A DNA stretch of 64,000 bases from the human T2T-CHM13v2.0 reference genome, Homo sapiens. Below the pieces are notes generated by a model, which made no database searches, was not told the DNA's origin, and saw only the letters and a program-made list of their open reading frames with translations. This document shows positions 45,616-57,835 of this stretch, one piece after another. The stretch lies in NCBI RefSeq assembly GCF_009914755.1, contig NC_060937.1; one strand, given 5' to 3'. The first letter of the stretch is position 1, and each line of letters starts with the position of its first letter. The position numbers and the translations under genes are program-made.

Positions 45616-48600
45616 GAAAATAATCAGGGGTCTGGACATTCTGTGTCAATGAGATTGAGCCACTAGTTGTTAATAGTATTTCACTCATCTCTGCTGATAT
45701 TTTTAAAGAACATGTGAAAGGGGTGAGGTATCTGATAGAAAGCCCTCCCTCATGTAATTGATGAGATAAGGGTTCTAATTTTCCCCACAGAAGTTATAAA
45801 GAGCACCTGAGCTGTCAGCCAAATCAAATTGCCAGTGGAAAGCAGGTGAACCTAAGGAAGCCATGGGGGTGAGACGTGCCTGGGCATGCCCTGTTCATGG
45901 TGGCACCGACCCACACAGCATTCATAGAATTCATACCTTCCCGGAGCTGGCGTGACTCCTGGGAGACCACAGTTTCTGAGAAAATAGAAAGCCAAGTGTA
46001 AACTGGACTGGTCACAAAGACTCCGCAGGGAGCTGGCTGCAGACACCCACTCAGTCCAGTCCTGTGGGCACACAGTTGGGTCTTAGGGGAAAAAGAAAGC
46101 TTAAGTTAAAACTGCAACAGCTCTTCCAGGAAAGAATTTTTTCAACCCAGGGACACAAAGAGCGCTGCTTTGGAAACCTTCTAACAGAGCGGAACATGAA
46201 GGCGAGCACACCCCCGCCCAGGTTTGACTCAGGGAGGACCCAGGGACCTCGGGCTGGAGCCCAGCAGGAGCCGGGAACTGCCTTCTGTGGATCACAGCTG
46301 AAAGGGGTAGCCATTCAGAATCTCTGACAAAGGGCCACCGACTTAAGGTCCCCAGCTTCTACAGCTTCACCAGACCCTGCTCAGCAAGAAGGTGCTGACA
46401 AAACCCATATGCGTCCAATCCCACTTCCAGGGAAGCCCCTGCCAAATAAGCATGGGAGCCATGCTTCCCGCTGCCCATCAGAACCGGCGATTTTGAATCT
46501 CTCTTTCCACGGCAGTAGCTCCTGCAAGAGCCCCCATCCCCATCGTGCCACTCAGCCGGGCTGGGGCTGCTGGGGAAGCCCTGTGTTCCCAGGGCTTTGC
46601 CCTCTGTGTCTTAGCAGCCACAGCTCCTGACTTCCATTCCCCCTTCAAAGTCCGTGGGAGGGAAGAGGAGGGAAACTAGGAGAGACTTTGGAATCTAAAG
46701 GAAACAAGGAGGATGTTTTCCTAATGCCCAGAGGATATGTGTAACTCTTTTTCTGCAGACAGAAGCTTCGTCGGTACTGGGGTTAGTTCCTGCAGTATTT
46801 GGTATCCTAACTCAGCGGTTATGGTTTATCTAGCCCGTGTGAACTGGTCCAGGAAGACGAGCACCCTTCCCAACTTAGTCTACACAAGAGAGTGCTTCGC
46901 TTTAGGGATTTTTTAAAAACTTGAAAACAGCTTTGAAACACAATTCATCGGTACATTTTCTTCTCATGGCATTTAGATATTAAAAACATGTGCATGCAGG
47001 TTCTCCAACATTAGAATAAGACTTAAAAGGATGGAAACCTACGTCATTTGTGGAGTATCTGTTTTGCTCAGAAATGGACCACGATAGCATCGTGGCACCG
47101 TAAGGTGGTGAAGTACTACAGATAGCACAAGGAAGACCATTTGAACTCCAAAAGGCTGTGATTGACAAAAACTAACAAGAGACAGCCCCCCGGGAAATTC
47201 AGGGTTTATTGCTGAATTCTCATGTATGAAAGTTTGTGGGATTTGTAATCACAGGGGCTACCTCCCAGGAAACCGTGATAGCCATTTTTCCACCGTAGTT
47301 TTGCACTTAATGGACTTTGCCTCCCATAATTCAGGAAAATGTCTTTTGTTGTGCACAGTGGAGGCCGAGTGCTATTGAGAGTGTGTGTCCTACAAAGGGC
47401 CTCACTATCTGAGGTCTGCAGCCTGTCTCCTAGGCACTCCCCACTTCAAGAAGCAGCTCTGAGAACAGATTAATGCCTGGATGCCAAGGAGCAATGAAGT
47501 TCACCCATCTTATCCAGGGGCTGAGCTAATCTCCTTAAACCTTTGTACAAGAGCGGGGCCAGTCACCCACATGATGCTGTCAATGTGCTTTCAAAGCCCC
47601 ACTTCAAAGAGGGAGATCAAATGGGGGGTAATTGAAAGGGACAGCGATGTGAGGGGGTTCCTGAGACGCCCCCCAACGATGACTATGAATGCGGCACACA
47701 CCACCCAAATGACAGGAAGGCAATGCGTTGCGGTGGCTGGACTCCAGGAAGGAGCTCTGCGGGAACGATGAGGTCTGTGGGTTTTGCTGCTGCTGTTGCT
47801 TTTGCTGTTGGTGGGCTTTGAGAAAAACACGACTGGCCGGGCTCCCTGCCTTCTCCTTCTCCTGTCGAAGTCTCTACAGCTAGGACCCTCCTGTCCTGAC
47901 AGGCTCAGCTCTGCATCTTGAGGTCCCTCTGACCTCCCAGCTGACCCTCCATGTAACCCAGGCTCACCCAGGACTCTTTGGGACCTGAAGATGCTCTATT
48001 CATCCATTTGTGCTGATTAATAAAGTGAATTCTGAACATCTCGGCGGCTACAGTCTCGGTGGCTCAGCGGGGTGGATGGGATTGCTGCTGCCAAGTCCTC
48101 ACCCTCTCTGAACTAAATGCGTCATCACGGACTGTGAGGTCCCTCCTACTTCGGGGGAGGGCACCAGCCCATCCCCGCCATTGAGGTCAGGATTGCCTGT
48201 ACAACCTTCATGGGTCTACAGCCTTTATTTTTTGCATTGAAGGCCAGCAGGGGGCTGGTGCAGTTCTGCTGCAGGGGTGGATCGGCTGGGCTCAGTTCAG
48301 GTGTGTTCCACACCTGTCAGCCTCACGGCCAGGAAGCCACCTGAGACACACTGTCTCCTGACAGAGCTCAGGAGAGCAAGAGGTGTGAGGAGATGCAGTT
48401 GGTGCCCTTATGTCTTGGTGCACCGGGCACGTGGTCAAGCCTGTTCACATGCACAACTGTCCATGGACACAACCAAGGCACAGTCCAATGGCACTAGTCC
48501 AAGGGAGGGGTGAGGACTTGGGGGCAGGAATCCAGCCCTTCCCAAGCCCTAAACCCTTTACAACAGAAGGGCAACTAAATACACAGGGAGACAGGTAGAC

Positions 48601-49959
48601 TCACAAGTGATCAGAATAAAAGCCAGTGCACACCCCAGATAACTGCAGCGGCCACGAGCCTTGTAAAGACCCATGTTTTACGGAGGCAGCCACCAGCTTG
48701 CAGAAGCTGAGCTTCCTGTGGCCCTGATTCTGCATTACTGAACTACTCATAGAACCACTGTTTCTGTCCTCAAAGCTTCTGTCTTGGTCCCATTGCCTGA
48801 CTTTATAACAACCTTGAAATACCCACCAGGACTGGTGATCTCATTCAAGACACAGAGGTCCGTCTCAGGCACTGTGCTGGGGCCTGCCTGTGCCCAGCCT
48901 GCCTGTAGGACTTTGGAGTCCGCAATGTCGAAGTCCTTCTGCATTTACACCCTGTGGCCTGAACCCTGACATCATCTCACCCCCAGACCACCCAACCCAT
49001 GACTCTTGGACACAAAAAGAAATATCTTCTCCATTAGAAACCAGCACCTGAACGCAGCCAGGGTCCCCGGTCACACCAGAAACTGTTGCTTTGACCAATC
49101 TCCACAGGGATTTTGACAATCAAGCATAGAAACCACCAAAAAAGTAAATACCGAGGTTGTATTTTCTTTTCTTTTTCCTTTTTCTTTCCTTTTTCCTTTT
49201 TCTTTCCTTTTCTTTTCTCACCAATGCATCCACTTGTTTGGACGAGCAGGTCATAAGGACAGGCAGGAGATGAGTCACATCTGACTTCACAAAAGTGCTT
49301 AAGCCTTTTCACAATCTCCATTTAAAGCCAGCCAAGCCTTTTAGAATTGCCCGTCTCACAGGAATGTTTGTAACAAGGCTAGGAAGGAAGTGTGTGCTCA
49401 GGTCGGCCCGTCCCTGGCTCCCGGAGGCAGGCTCTCCGGTGCAGCGGCAGCTGCCAGCCCTGGGGTCGGGCTTCATATTTTCTCATGCCTTCAACAAGTC
49501 CTCCCTGGAGGAGGGGCAGTAAGCAGAAGGCAGTACAAGTGGCACATTCTCCTTCTAATGAGCACAGCACACTAACGTCTCTCGGAGGGGGCCCAGCTCT
49601 CCTCACGTTCCTCTGGGCCCAGGCTCCCTGCCAGCCTTTTCTCTTCCCCAGAGCATTCAATCGCTGTCAACAGAGCCAGACAAGAATAGAAGCCGCTCAG
49701 AGACTCTCTTTTGTTTTGCTGGGACACTTCAGCACATTCTCATGGATCCTTCAAAGGAAGGCAATTATCTGATCATTCTTGGGAGCAATTAAAATGTGGA
49801 AGGATACATCCTGCTTCAACCCGCCGAGTTTGTCTTTCCAAATCACATGGGCAATTGATTACACCATCAACAAACCCCATGTAACCCTCCAAGGAACGAG
49901 GTGCGTCCCTTGCAGTAGAAAACCGATAACCCAAGACATGAAGGTTCGAATGGATGATT

Positions 49960-50290
49960 GGCTTAGCTGGAATTGTGCTCCTCTGGAGGAGACTTTTTAA
50001 ATGTATTCCTAGTTGCAAGTCCAGAAGCAAGGGAAGTGAGGCCCTCAGGGTTCTATCAGAGCCTGGGAAGGGGAGGAGAGCAGAGATGCTAAAGCAGTAG
50101 CAGAAGATCCACAGACCCCTGGAAGGACATGGAAGCTCGCTTTGAGCTGCTCCTTAGTTCATGGGGGTCTCTCCAGCATAAAGAGCTTCCTTCCTAAAAT
50201 GGGAAGAGGGCTGTTTGCACAGAGAGAAGCGTAGCCTTAATACTGTACTTTGTCCATCCCTCCAGAAAGCCCAAGGGAGGGGGCAGATGG
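49960..50290 (+). repeat. Donor copy of a ~331-bp local duplication
   Basis: Near-identical to 53750-54081 (about 10 differences by eye). Confidence 0.97.
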
Positions 50291-51821
50291 TTCATCTGCA
50301 AGTGATCCCAGGCCTAAAGCAAAGAGATGGATGGTCGGAGCCTCCGCGCGGTTTTTCCTGGCTACCTCCATACCACCATGTCACCTCTCTGTAAAGGCGA
50401 TATAGGGAGCACCATCTGGGTGTTGTAGCTCATCTGGCTGTTGTAAGGAGTAAATGAGATGGGACGTGCCACACACATGATATGTGCCCGGCTCACAGGA
50501 GGCACCTTAGTAAGTGGTCACCATCAGATATACTAGTGAACCTGAGAGTGGCCCTTACCAACGTGGAAGGCTGGGGTGTTTGTAATCATCACTCAAGGCA
50601 GAGCAGAAAGAAATCTAGGCTATTTTTTAAGACTCATTGTGTTTGGTCACAGGCAAAAATAGAATCCATCCTCATGCAACCATCCTTTAAATAGTATTTC
50701 AACAGAGGGTTAAAGTGTTGGTTTGGGGTGTGAGAGTGATACCTTATTCATTCAGAAGTCCCTCAAAGAAGAGGATGGAGAAACAGACACGATTCCATGA
50801 AATGATCACTTTCCCCAGGCAATCACACCAAGGAAGGTCAAAGAACCTCCTCCCCGAAGGTTCACTGCTGGAGGTGGAGATCACAGCCAACTGACAATAT
50901 AACTGCTGGCAGATATTTTTAGGTGGAAAGTCCCACCGTTTCCTGTACCTCACTGTGACCCTCATTACGGCATTAGGATGGGATTACCTTGCTCTCTTCT
51001 GAAATACTAGCTTATCCGTGGCACCAGCAACAAATACAAGCAGCTTGTCTGATGGAAAGGTCCTCTACTTAAGAACTAAACTTCCCCCAAATCACAAGCC
51101 CCTTTGCTGAAACAATGAAAAATTTAGGTAAGCTCTGGATTGAACTATTTCCCTCCCTTTGAAATAACTGGATGTTTAGTCATAACAAATAAGAATGATT
51201 CTGGTATCTTGTGGTCACGACATAGCATTTTTATGTTTTTTTTTTTTATTTTTCACTTTACATCTCACTACATGGACATGCTACCTTCAATTCAACCCCA
51301 GGTTACATCAAAACCTCTTGACCTTTCATTTAAAGACAAATAAAAGGCAGCTGCTGGGCTGTGAAATTGTGAATAACAAACGGAACCATTATTTGAAAGG
51401 TTTCAAATTCTGATGAACAGAAAGATTATTTTGGAAAATCTATAGCGGAGAGTAGTATAATTATAACTTAGATTTGCGTGGTGCTCAATCCAAACTCATC
51501 TCCAAACTGAACGTGGTTTTCTAACAATAACATTCCTCCAAAAAAGGGGGCAGCCTACAAACCAACATAAGCGTAAGATGCACTTCCTGTCCAGCTAAAA
51601 ATAAACCTGCAGACATTTGAAAGCAGCATAGAATCCTTTCTAACAATAAAAACAAACTCACCCATGTCGTTGGGCCAAGGCTTTGACATTTTAAAAATCA
51701 TTATGGTGAAAAATAAACGCAACCTATAACGTGAGCTATTGTTAGAAATCCTTGAGAAAAATGCCTCAAATAGAGAACTCGAACGTCCACTCGCTAAAAA
51801 TGAAACCGTTTTACTTGGGCA

Positions 51822-52287
51822 TTGTCAAAGGTCGAATGGTTTTCTCCAAAAATGATGTTGAAGTCCTAACCCCCAGGACCTCAGAATGTCACCTTATTTG
51901 GAAATAGGGTCCTTGCAGATGTAATTAATTAGAACGAGGTCACATTGGAATGGGGTGGGCCCCGCATCCAATAAAACCACTGTCCTTATAAAAAAGAGGC
52001 ACGCCACGTGAAGACCGAGACACACAAGAAGAACACGGGGTGTGGCTGAAGGCGGAGGTTGTGACGACGCATGTACAAGCCTGCAGGAGTATCCGCGAGC
52101 ACCGCTGGCCCCACCGGAAACCGGGAAGAGGCAGGACAGCTTCTACCCCGAGCCTCAGAGACAGTCTGGCCTTGACATCACCTTGATCGTAGAATTCCAG
52201 CCTCCAGAATGGTGAGACACAAATTCCTGTTATTTTCAGCCAGGCAGTTTGTGGCACTTCGTTTCAGCAGCCTAGGAAGTGAATATA
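51822..52287 (+). mobile_element. MaLR solo LTR (MLT1C-like), CpG-rich
   Basis: gttgaagtcctaacccccaggacctcagaatgtcaccttatttggaaatagggtccttgcagatgtaatt..ttccagcctccagaatggtgagac..cagcagcctaggaa. Confidence 0.9.
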
Positions 52288-53618
52288 TTCACTTCCATAT
52301 ACGTGAAATCGACATCAGTGAGGATTTGCTCTCTAGGCAGTAGATGTGAACCGGCCTTCAACGATTTTTTTTTTTCTGGCTGCATGTTGGGCGCTCCCAG
52401 CTTAGGGGGTGGGTGTGCAGGGAGTGGGGAGGGAGGCGCTTCTGCTTCTGTGGCTCTCCCATGGTCTCTTCCCACAACATCTTCTGCATCTCTGTGGATC
52501 CGGCTGCCCCCAGCGCAGCAGCCCGGGTGGGGTGGGAATGTCCAGCACTGCGTCGCTGCCAGCCCTCTGGGCGTTCCAAGTTCCTGGCAGGATCTGGATG
52601 CAGTGTGGTTGACCTTAACTACCCAGGAGAGGGTGAGCTCTCCTACAGAAGACTTGGACATCTTCTCTGCCTTCTCATTTCTGTGTCCACAAAAAATCAG
52701 CACAATGGACACTGGATCCTGCTCTCCCTTCCTTCTCTTTCCCACCAACGCACACTTTGGCAGTCCTGGCACCAGCATGGGATCCACCCCACGCACACCC
52801 ACATGCACCCCACACTCACCTCCAGGGAAGAAGCACATCAGTGAGAGGAATGGCTCTGTCCTCAACTCAGTAGGAGCCAGCACCCACCCCTCCCCTCTGT
52901 TGCCACTTCAAAAGGTTTTCTTTGTTCGCTTGTTTCTACTTACCATTAATGTTCTTCAGGCTGGATAAGCTTTAAGGTGTGTCCCTTGACATATTAGATC
53001 TATTTTACTCTGCCATTTTATAATTAAACAGGGTCTGACTGAAGTTACCTTTGGCCCATGTATGTCTAATCCTACCAAGTCCTAGCCATGAAACAGGTGA
53101 TATGTGTATAAATGAAAACAGTGGGTTAAGAGGATGCTTCCAGAAGTATTAAGGCACCCACGCACACACACAGACAAATACGCTCCACTGAAGATCATTT
53201 AGAACTGTGGGTACAGGGAAGCACTTAGAGAACTGTATTACAAGAAGATTCAGTGGAAAATCTACCACCAATCCTAATTCATTTCCCTACAGAACCTTAG
53301 TGTGCAGTTCGTAGCCCACCTTCAGCACCTGTATGGGATTGGGGCCACTGAGTATTCTGTGTACACATTCGTCATGGTCTTTTAAAATCACCCTCATTGT
53401 TGCTGGCTTCTGACTGCCTCTCAGCTGTGCATTAGTCAGGATGCTGCAGCGAACAGCTGACATTAAGGACCTTAGGATGAAGGGACATTTTACCAAGATA
53501 GGGGCAGAGTTTAGGAAAAGCAGTAATGTTTAGTCCACTAAACCAGGGGTCACCAGCCTCAGGGCTGCAGAGAGGGGGAAGAAGTCTTATCCATGGCCCT
53601 GGAGGGCAGCCCCATAGT

Positions 53619-54303
53619 GTTTTGTTTTGTTTTGTTTTGTTTTGTTTTGTTTTGTTTTGTTTTGTTTTGTTTTGTTTGAGGTGGAGTTTCAGTCTTGTTG
53701 CCCAGGCTGGAGTGCAATGGCGTGATCTCGGCTCACAGCAACAACAAACGGCTTAGCTGGAATTGTGCTCCTCTGGAGGAGACTTTTTAAATGTATTCCT
53801 AGTTGCAAGTCCAGGAGCAAGGGAAGTGAGGCCCTCAGGGTTCTATCAGAGCCTGGGAAGGGGAGGAGAGCAGAGATGCTAAAAGAGTAGCAGAAGATCC
53901 GCAGACCCCTGGAAGGACATGGAAGCTCGCTTTGAGCTGCTCCTTGGTTCATGGGGGTCTCTCCAGCATAGACAACTCCCTTCCTAAAATGGGAAGAGGG
54001 CTGTTTGCACAGAGAGAAGCAGTAGCCTTAATACTGTACTTTGTCCATCCCTCCAGAAAGCCCAAGGGAGGGGGCAGATGGGAGGAGGCTCCACCTCCCG
54101 GGTTCAAGCGATTCTCCTGCTTCAGCCTCCCGAGTAGCTGGGATTACAGGCATGTGTCACCATACACGGCTAATTGTGTATTTTTAGTAGAGATGGGGTT
54201 TCTCCAGGTTGGTCAGGCTGGTCTCGAACTCCCGACCTCAGGTGATCCACCCACCTCGGCCTCCCAAAGTGCTGGGATTGCAGGCGTGAGCCACCATGCC
54301 CGG
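53619..54303 (-). mobile_element. AluSp/Sq-like element split by a 346-bp insertion
   Basis: (TTTTG)n tail. The Alu body stops at ..ctcacagcaac (53742) and resumes at ctccacctcccgggttcaagcg (54089). TSD gggcagccccatagt (53604-53618) / gggcagccctatagt (54305-54319). Confidence 0.95.
53750..54081 (+). repeat. Inserted copy of 49960-50290
   Basis: Same orientation as the donor; flanked by 7-nt fillers aacaaac and gaggagg. Confidence 0.97.
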
Positions 54304-56309
54304 TGGGCAGCCCTATAGTTTGAGAAGGTGGTGACCAGAGCTGCAGCTTCCAGCAGAGAAACCCAACACCCCACAGCACCCTAACAGGAGACCCTGAGTA
54401 AACACCTCCTCTGTCCTCCTCCTGCTGCTGTTGCCCCCCATCCAGCCCCTGTTGGCCAGACGCCACCGGACCCAGGCACAACGGTGTCTGCTTCTGAGGT
54501 GCGGGCCGCCTCCCGGAGGGAACAGCAGGCGGAGAAGCTGATGCTGGGCTGCAGAGGATGCCTTTCTGAAAGCTCCAGTTATCAGTGGACAGAGACAGCA
54601 GCTAACCAATGCCTGTCAGGGAATCCCAGTCGGCATTTTCCTTTTCCTTTTGGAATTGAGCTTCTCAGGAAGAGTCTACAGTTCCCCACACTGAGTCTTA
54701 TTCAGCAAACCACAGGACCCCAGGCAATCTCAAACGAATGCCTCTTTTTTTTTTTGAAATTCAACATTTTAATTGTGATATAACTTATGTAAAAACTTTC
54801 CAAAAAGTATCTAAGATATTCCACTGTACAACACATCAAAACTTTATCTGAGAAGCTGGAGACAATGAAGTATAAATAAGGCATACAGTTTACACTCATA
54901 ATTGCATCCTAAACTGTTGTATAGTTCGTATTTACAACCCCCCATAACGTTTTTGCATCCTGGATTAGTCCTTCACATTTTGATATTTGGCATAATGTTC
55001 AAACACACTTTATACATCAAAAAGAGCAGCTGTGAGTGCATCCCCTGGCTCACGGGGCAGGCGGGAGCAAAAACCAGGACAGGGCAGGTAAAGGAGCCGC
55101 CCCTCCAGTCCTCGCTGGTAAGAGCCGCAGCAGAGAGCACTGAAGGCAGAGCACCTGATAGGAAGCGGGCTGTTAATTACACAAACAGGAGCAGAGGGGG
55201 GTGGGGCCTAGGGACCCCTCCCATGCCCACAGTCCTGCCAATTGCTCAGTGCCATCATTTATCGGGGGCCCCACAGGCAGTGCCGTCTTCATGGCTCCTC
55301 CTGGCCTCATTCACATCGCTGAGATGCCTCTCAAACACAGCTGTTCTCCACGGCCCACTCAGTGGATTTCACTGCTCTCATCTGTCAGTTTGCTTTTCAA
55401 AAGCTTATTCCTTTGTCCAGAGAAAAAAAGAGAAAATGAGTGTGTAGGCTCATCTCTAAGGAGAGTGGCAGAGATGCCACCTGCCAGTGCACAGGAGGCT
55501 GCAGGAAAAGAGGCAGAAACTCACAGGCCCCCAGGGAGCTCAGCTGGACAGGACTCAGAGCTCAGCAAAGGGTGGGGGCTCTCGGCTGGAGTCAGGATGC
55601 CTGGAGCCAGGGAGGCCAGGGCACAGGGGAAGAGGGCCTGCCCCTGGGGTGGGGCTGCCTGTTTCACACTGGTGAGAACGGCAGTATTGGTTGCTGATGA
55701 TGACTCCTCACAACGCCCCCTTAGAAACCCTCGCATGCAACGGTTCCACATCATCCTGGCCCAGGAAGGAGAGAGCTGCATTTAAAAGGAGAAGGCAGGG
55801 CGAGGGAGGGAGACCCTATGGGCACTGCTTCATTTCTGCCTTTTCGTGAAGCTCATACACAGAATTGCTTTTTAGTTAAATGCTGGGGTTGTAGGACACA
55901 CACCCTCACCTGTGATGGAAATTCTGCCAATATCGGGGAGAGCTGGTCTCTTCAACCTGTGCTGTGATGAATGGGGCTCTGCTTTTTCAACATTTCCCGG
56001 GAGCGCTCTGTTTCTTCTTCCTTGTAGTTTTAAAAGAACAGCTTCAATAACCTGGTAGTAAAGGAGAGGGGAGACCGGCGAAAAATCTAGCCCAGAAAAG
56101 AATGTTAAATACTGGGGGAAAAGCTCTTGGGAATTAGAATTTCATTTTATGTCTAGAAAGTCCAGTAAAATGTCAATAATATTGTGACAGGTTAGAATTA
56201 TACGATCCTATTTCTCTCTTAGGAATATATGATCAATCTTTAACATTATGTTAAGGATATTATGGCAGATAAGGATATCACATAAGTATATTATGGCAAA
56301 TAAAAAGAA

Positions 56310-56785
56310 AAACAGTATATTATTTCTGCGCCTATATTCGCATCCCTTTGCAATGTGACTTTGTGGCCCCTGTCCCCACCTCAAGAGGTAGAGTTCATGG
56401 TACCAAGCCCTGAATCTGGGCTTGGCCATGTGCTTTCCTTTGGCCAAGGAAGCATCAGCACATGTGACATCAGCAGAGGCTAAGTGCTTTTGCACTGAGG
56501 CCTCTCTCTTGCTGCTCTTGGGAACTCTGACTGTGTGGCACCACAGGAAGAGGCTGTGCTGCAGGGCGATGAGCAGGATATGCCTCCGGCCCCCCAGCCA
56601 ATGCCAGATATAAGTGAAGCAATTGACCATCCACTGATAGGTGCTTGAATGAGCCAGCACCATAGAGAGCCATCCTGGGGGGCCCAGTTCAAATTACGTG
56701 TGCACATCTACGCAACAGTCAGCAGATAAAATGGTTTAAGTCATGTTTGGGTTGGCTTGTTGTTCAACCAAGGCTAATTGACACA
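56310..56785 (+). mobile_element. Old MLT1 (H/I/J-like) LTR
   Basis: atccctttgcaatgtgactttg..ccctgaatctgggcttggccatgtgctttcctttggcc..tttaagtca..ggttggcttgtt..gctaattgacaca. Confidence 0.75.
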
Positions 56786-57115
56786 GAGACTTATTCTCAT
56801 GTCTGACTTCGTGATCAAGTCCAACACAAAGGTCAGATGCTTAACACAAAGTCAGGAAGGGTGCGTGAAGCCCCAGGAGCAGAACAGGGCCCTTCAGGTT
56901 CCCTGGATGGCCAGGGCGCAGGGACACTGGGGGATGTGTCACAAGTTGTAATTTTCATTTGGGAGATCTATTAGAATGGGTCTTACTTTGAAAATAAGTT
57001 TCAATATGATTGAAAAACCGGTTACTTGAATTGCCTAATTTTTTATTTATAATTCTTAAAATGTTCTTATACTTTTATAATAAAAGTATAACTCTTATAC
57101 TTTCTTGTTAATTTT

Positions 57116-57172
57116 TTAAACTGATAAGAACAGATATTACCCTCGATCTTAGCCAAAAGCCTAAGAAGCGAT
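57116..57172 (-). pseudogene. U2 snRNA 5' fragment (nt ~1-57) retropseudogene
   Basis: Reverse complement ATCGCTTCTTAGGCTTTTGGCTAAGATCGAGGGTAATATCTGTTCTTATCAGTTTAA matches the U2 5' end (ATCGCTTCTCGGCCTTTTGGCTAAGATCAAGTGTAGTATCTGTTCTTATCAGTTTAA) with ~6 mismatches. Flanking direct repeat ttaattttttaaa. Confidence 0.93.
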
Positions 57173-57639
57173 GATTTTTAATTTTTTAAAAGTAATAAGT
57201 GTTTTTCATATAATTGTGTTCAATTAAACAGAACTATCCCATTTGGAAAGGACGGAGGGAAATAGAATACAAAAGTGGAAGAAGGAAATCTATCATTAAA
57301 TAACTGAAGTAAAACAAAATAAAACACAAAGTATTAAAAAGTGGCCTGTGTTTGGTTTTTGCGTTTACCTTGTTCCTGCATAAATACCTTAAACACAGAG
57401 CAGCAAGTTGGAAATCTTAGTATCTTCAGACTTTCCTTAACGTAATTCATACAAAACAATTGGGAAAATTAAAAGGCCATGAAGGCGTTATTGTCCTTGT
57501 CTCACAAATATTAAGTTACAAAGCTGGACATTCAGAGGAGTCAACATTTCTAAGTCAGGGCTCAGCGTAGCGATAATTAAAATGGACCATTGCTGGGCTT
57601 ACTGTGTTTGAATGATGCCACCCAAAGCCCCTGGAATAC

Positions 57640-57835
57640 TACCTGATAAGGATGACTTCATCAACAGAACCTATTAGGATGCTAATAATGCCTGCTGGCC
57701 TATTTAGGAAGCTATTTTGTAGCGACGAAGGTTGGCTTCCCTGGGACATTGTGTCATATGAGCCATGGGGATCACATAGCAACGAGGACATGAGTTTCTT
57801 TCTATTTATAACCAGGTTGCTAGCAACGGCAACAT
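57640..57835. promoter_or_regulatory. Candidate enhancer motif cluster (GATA, CArG, MEF2, RFX X-box)
   Basis: TGATAA 57644-57649; CCTATTTAGG 57699-57708; CTATTTATAA 57802-57811; GTTGCTAGCAAC 57816-57827. Confidence 0.5.

Noticed and set aside
52272-52968. Overlapping 203-aa and 229-aa ORFs on opposite strands
   Set aside because: Non-ATG starts, no recognisable domain, and open on both strands as is common in GC-rich non-coding DNA.
54902-55785. 181-aa and 194-aa ORFs
   Set aside because: Non-ATG starts, no known motifs and no clear exon structure.
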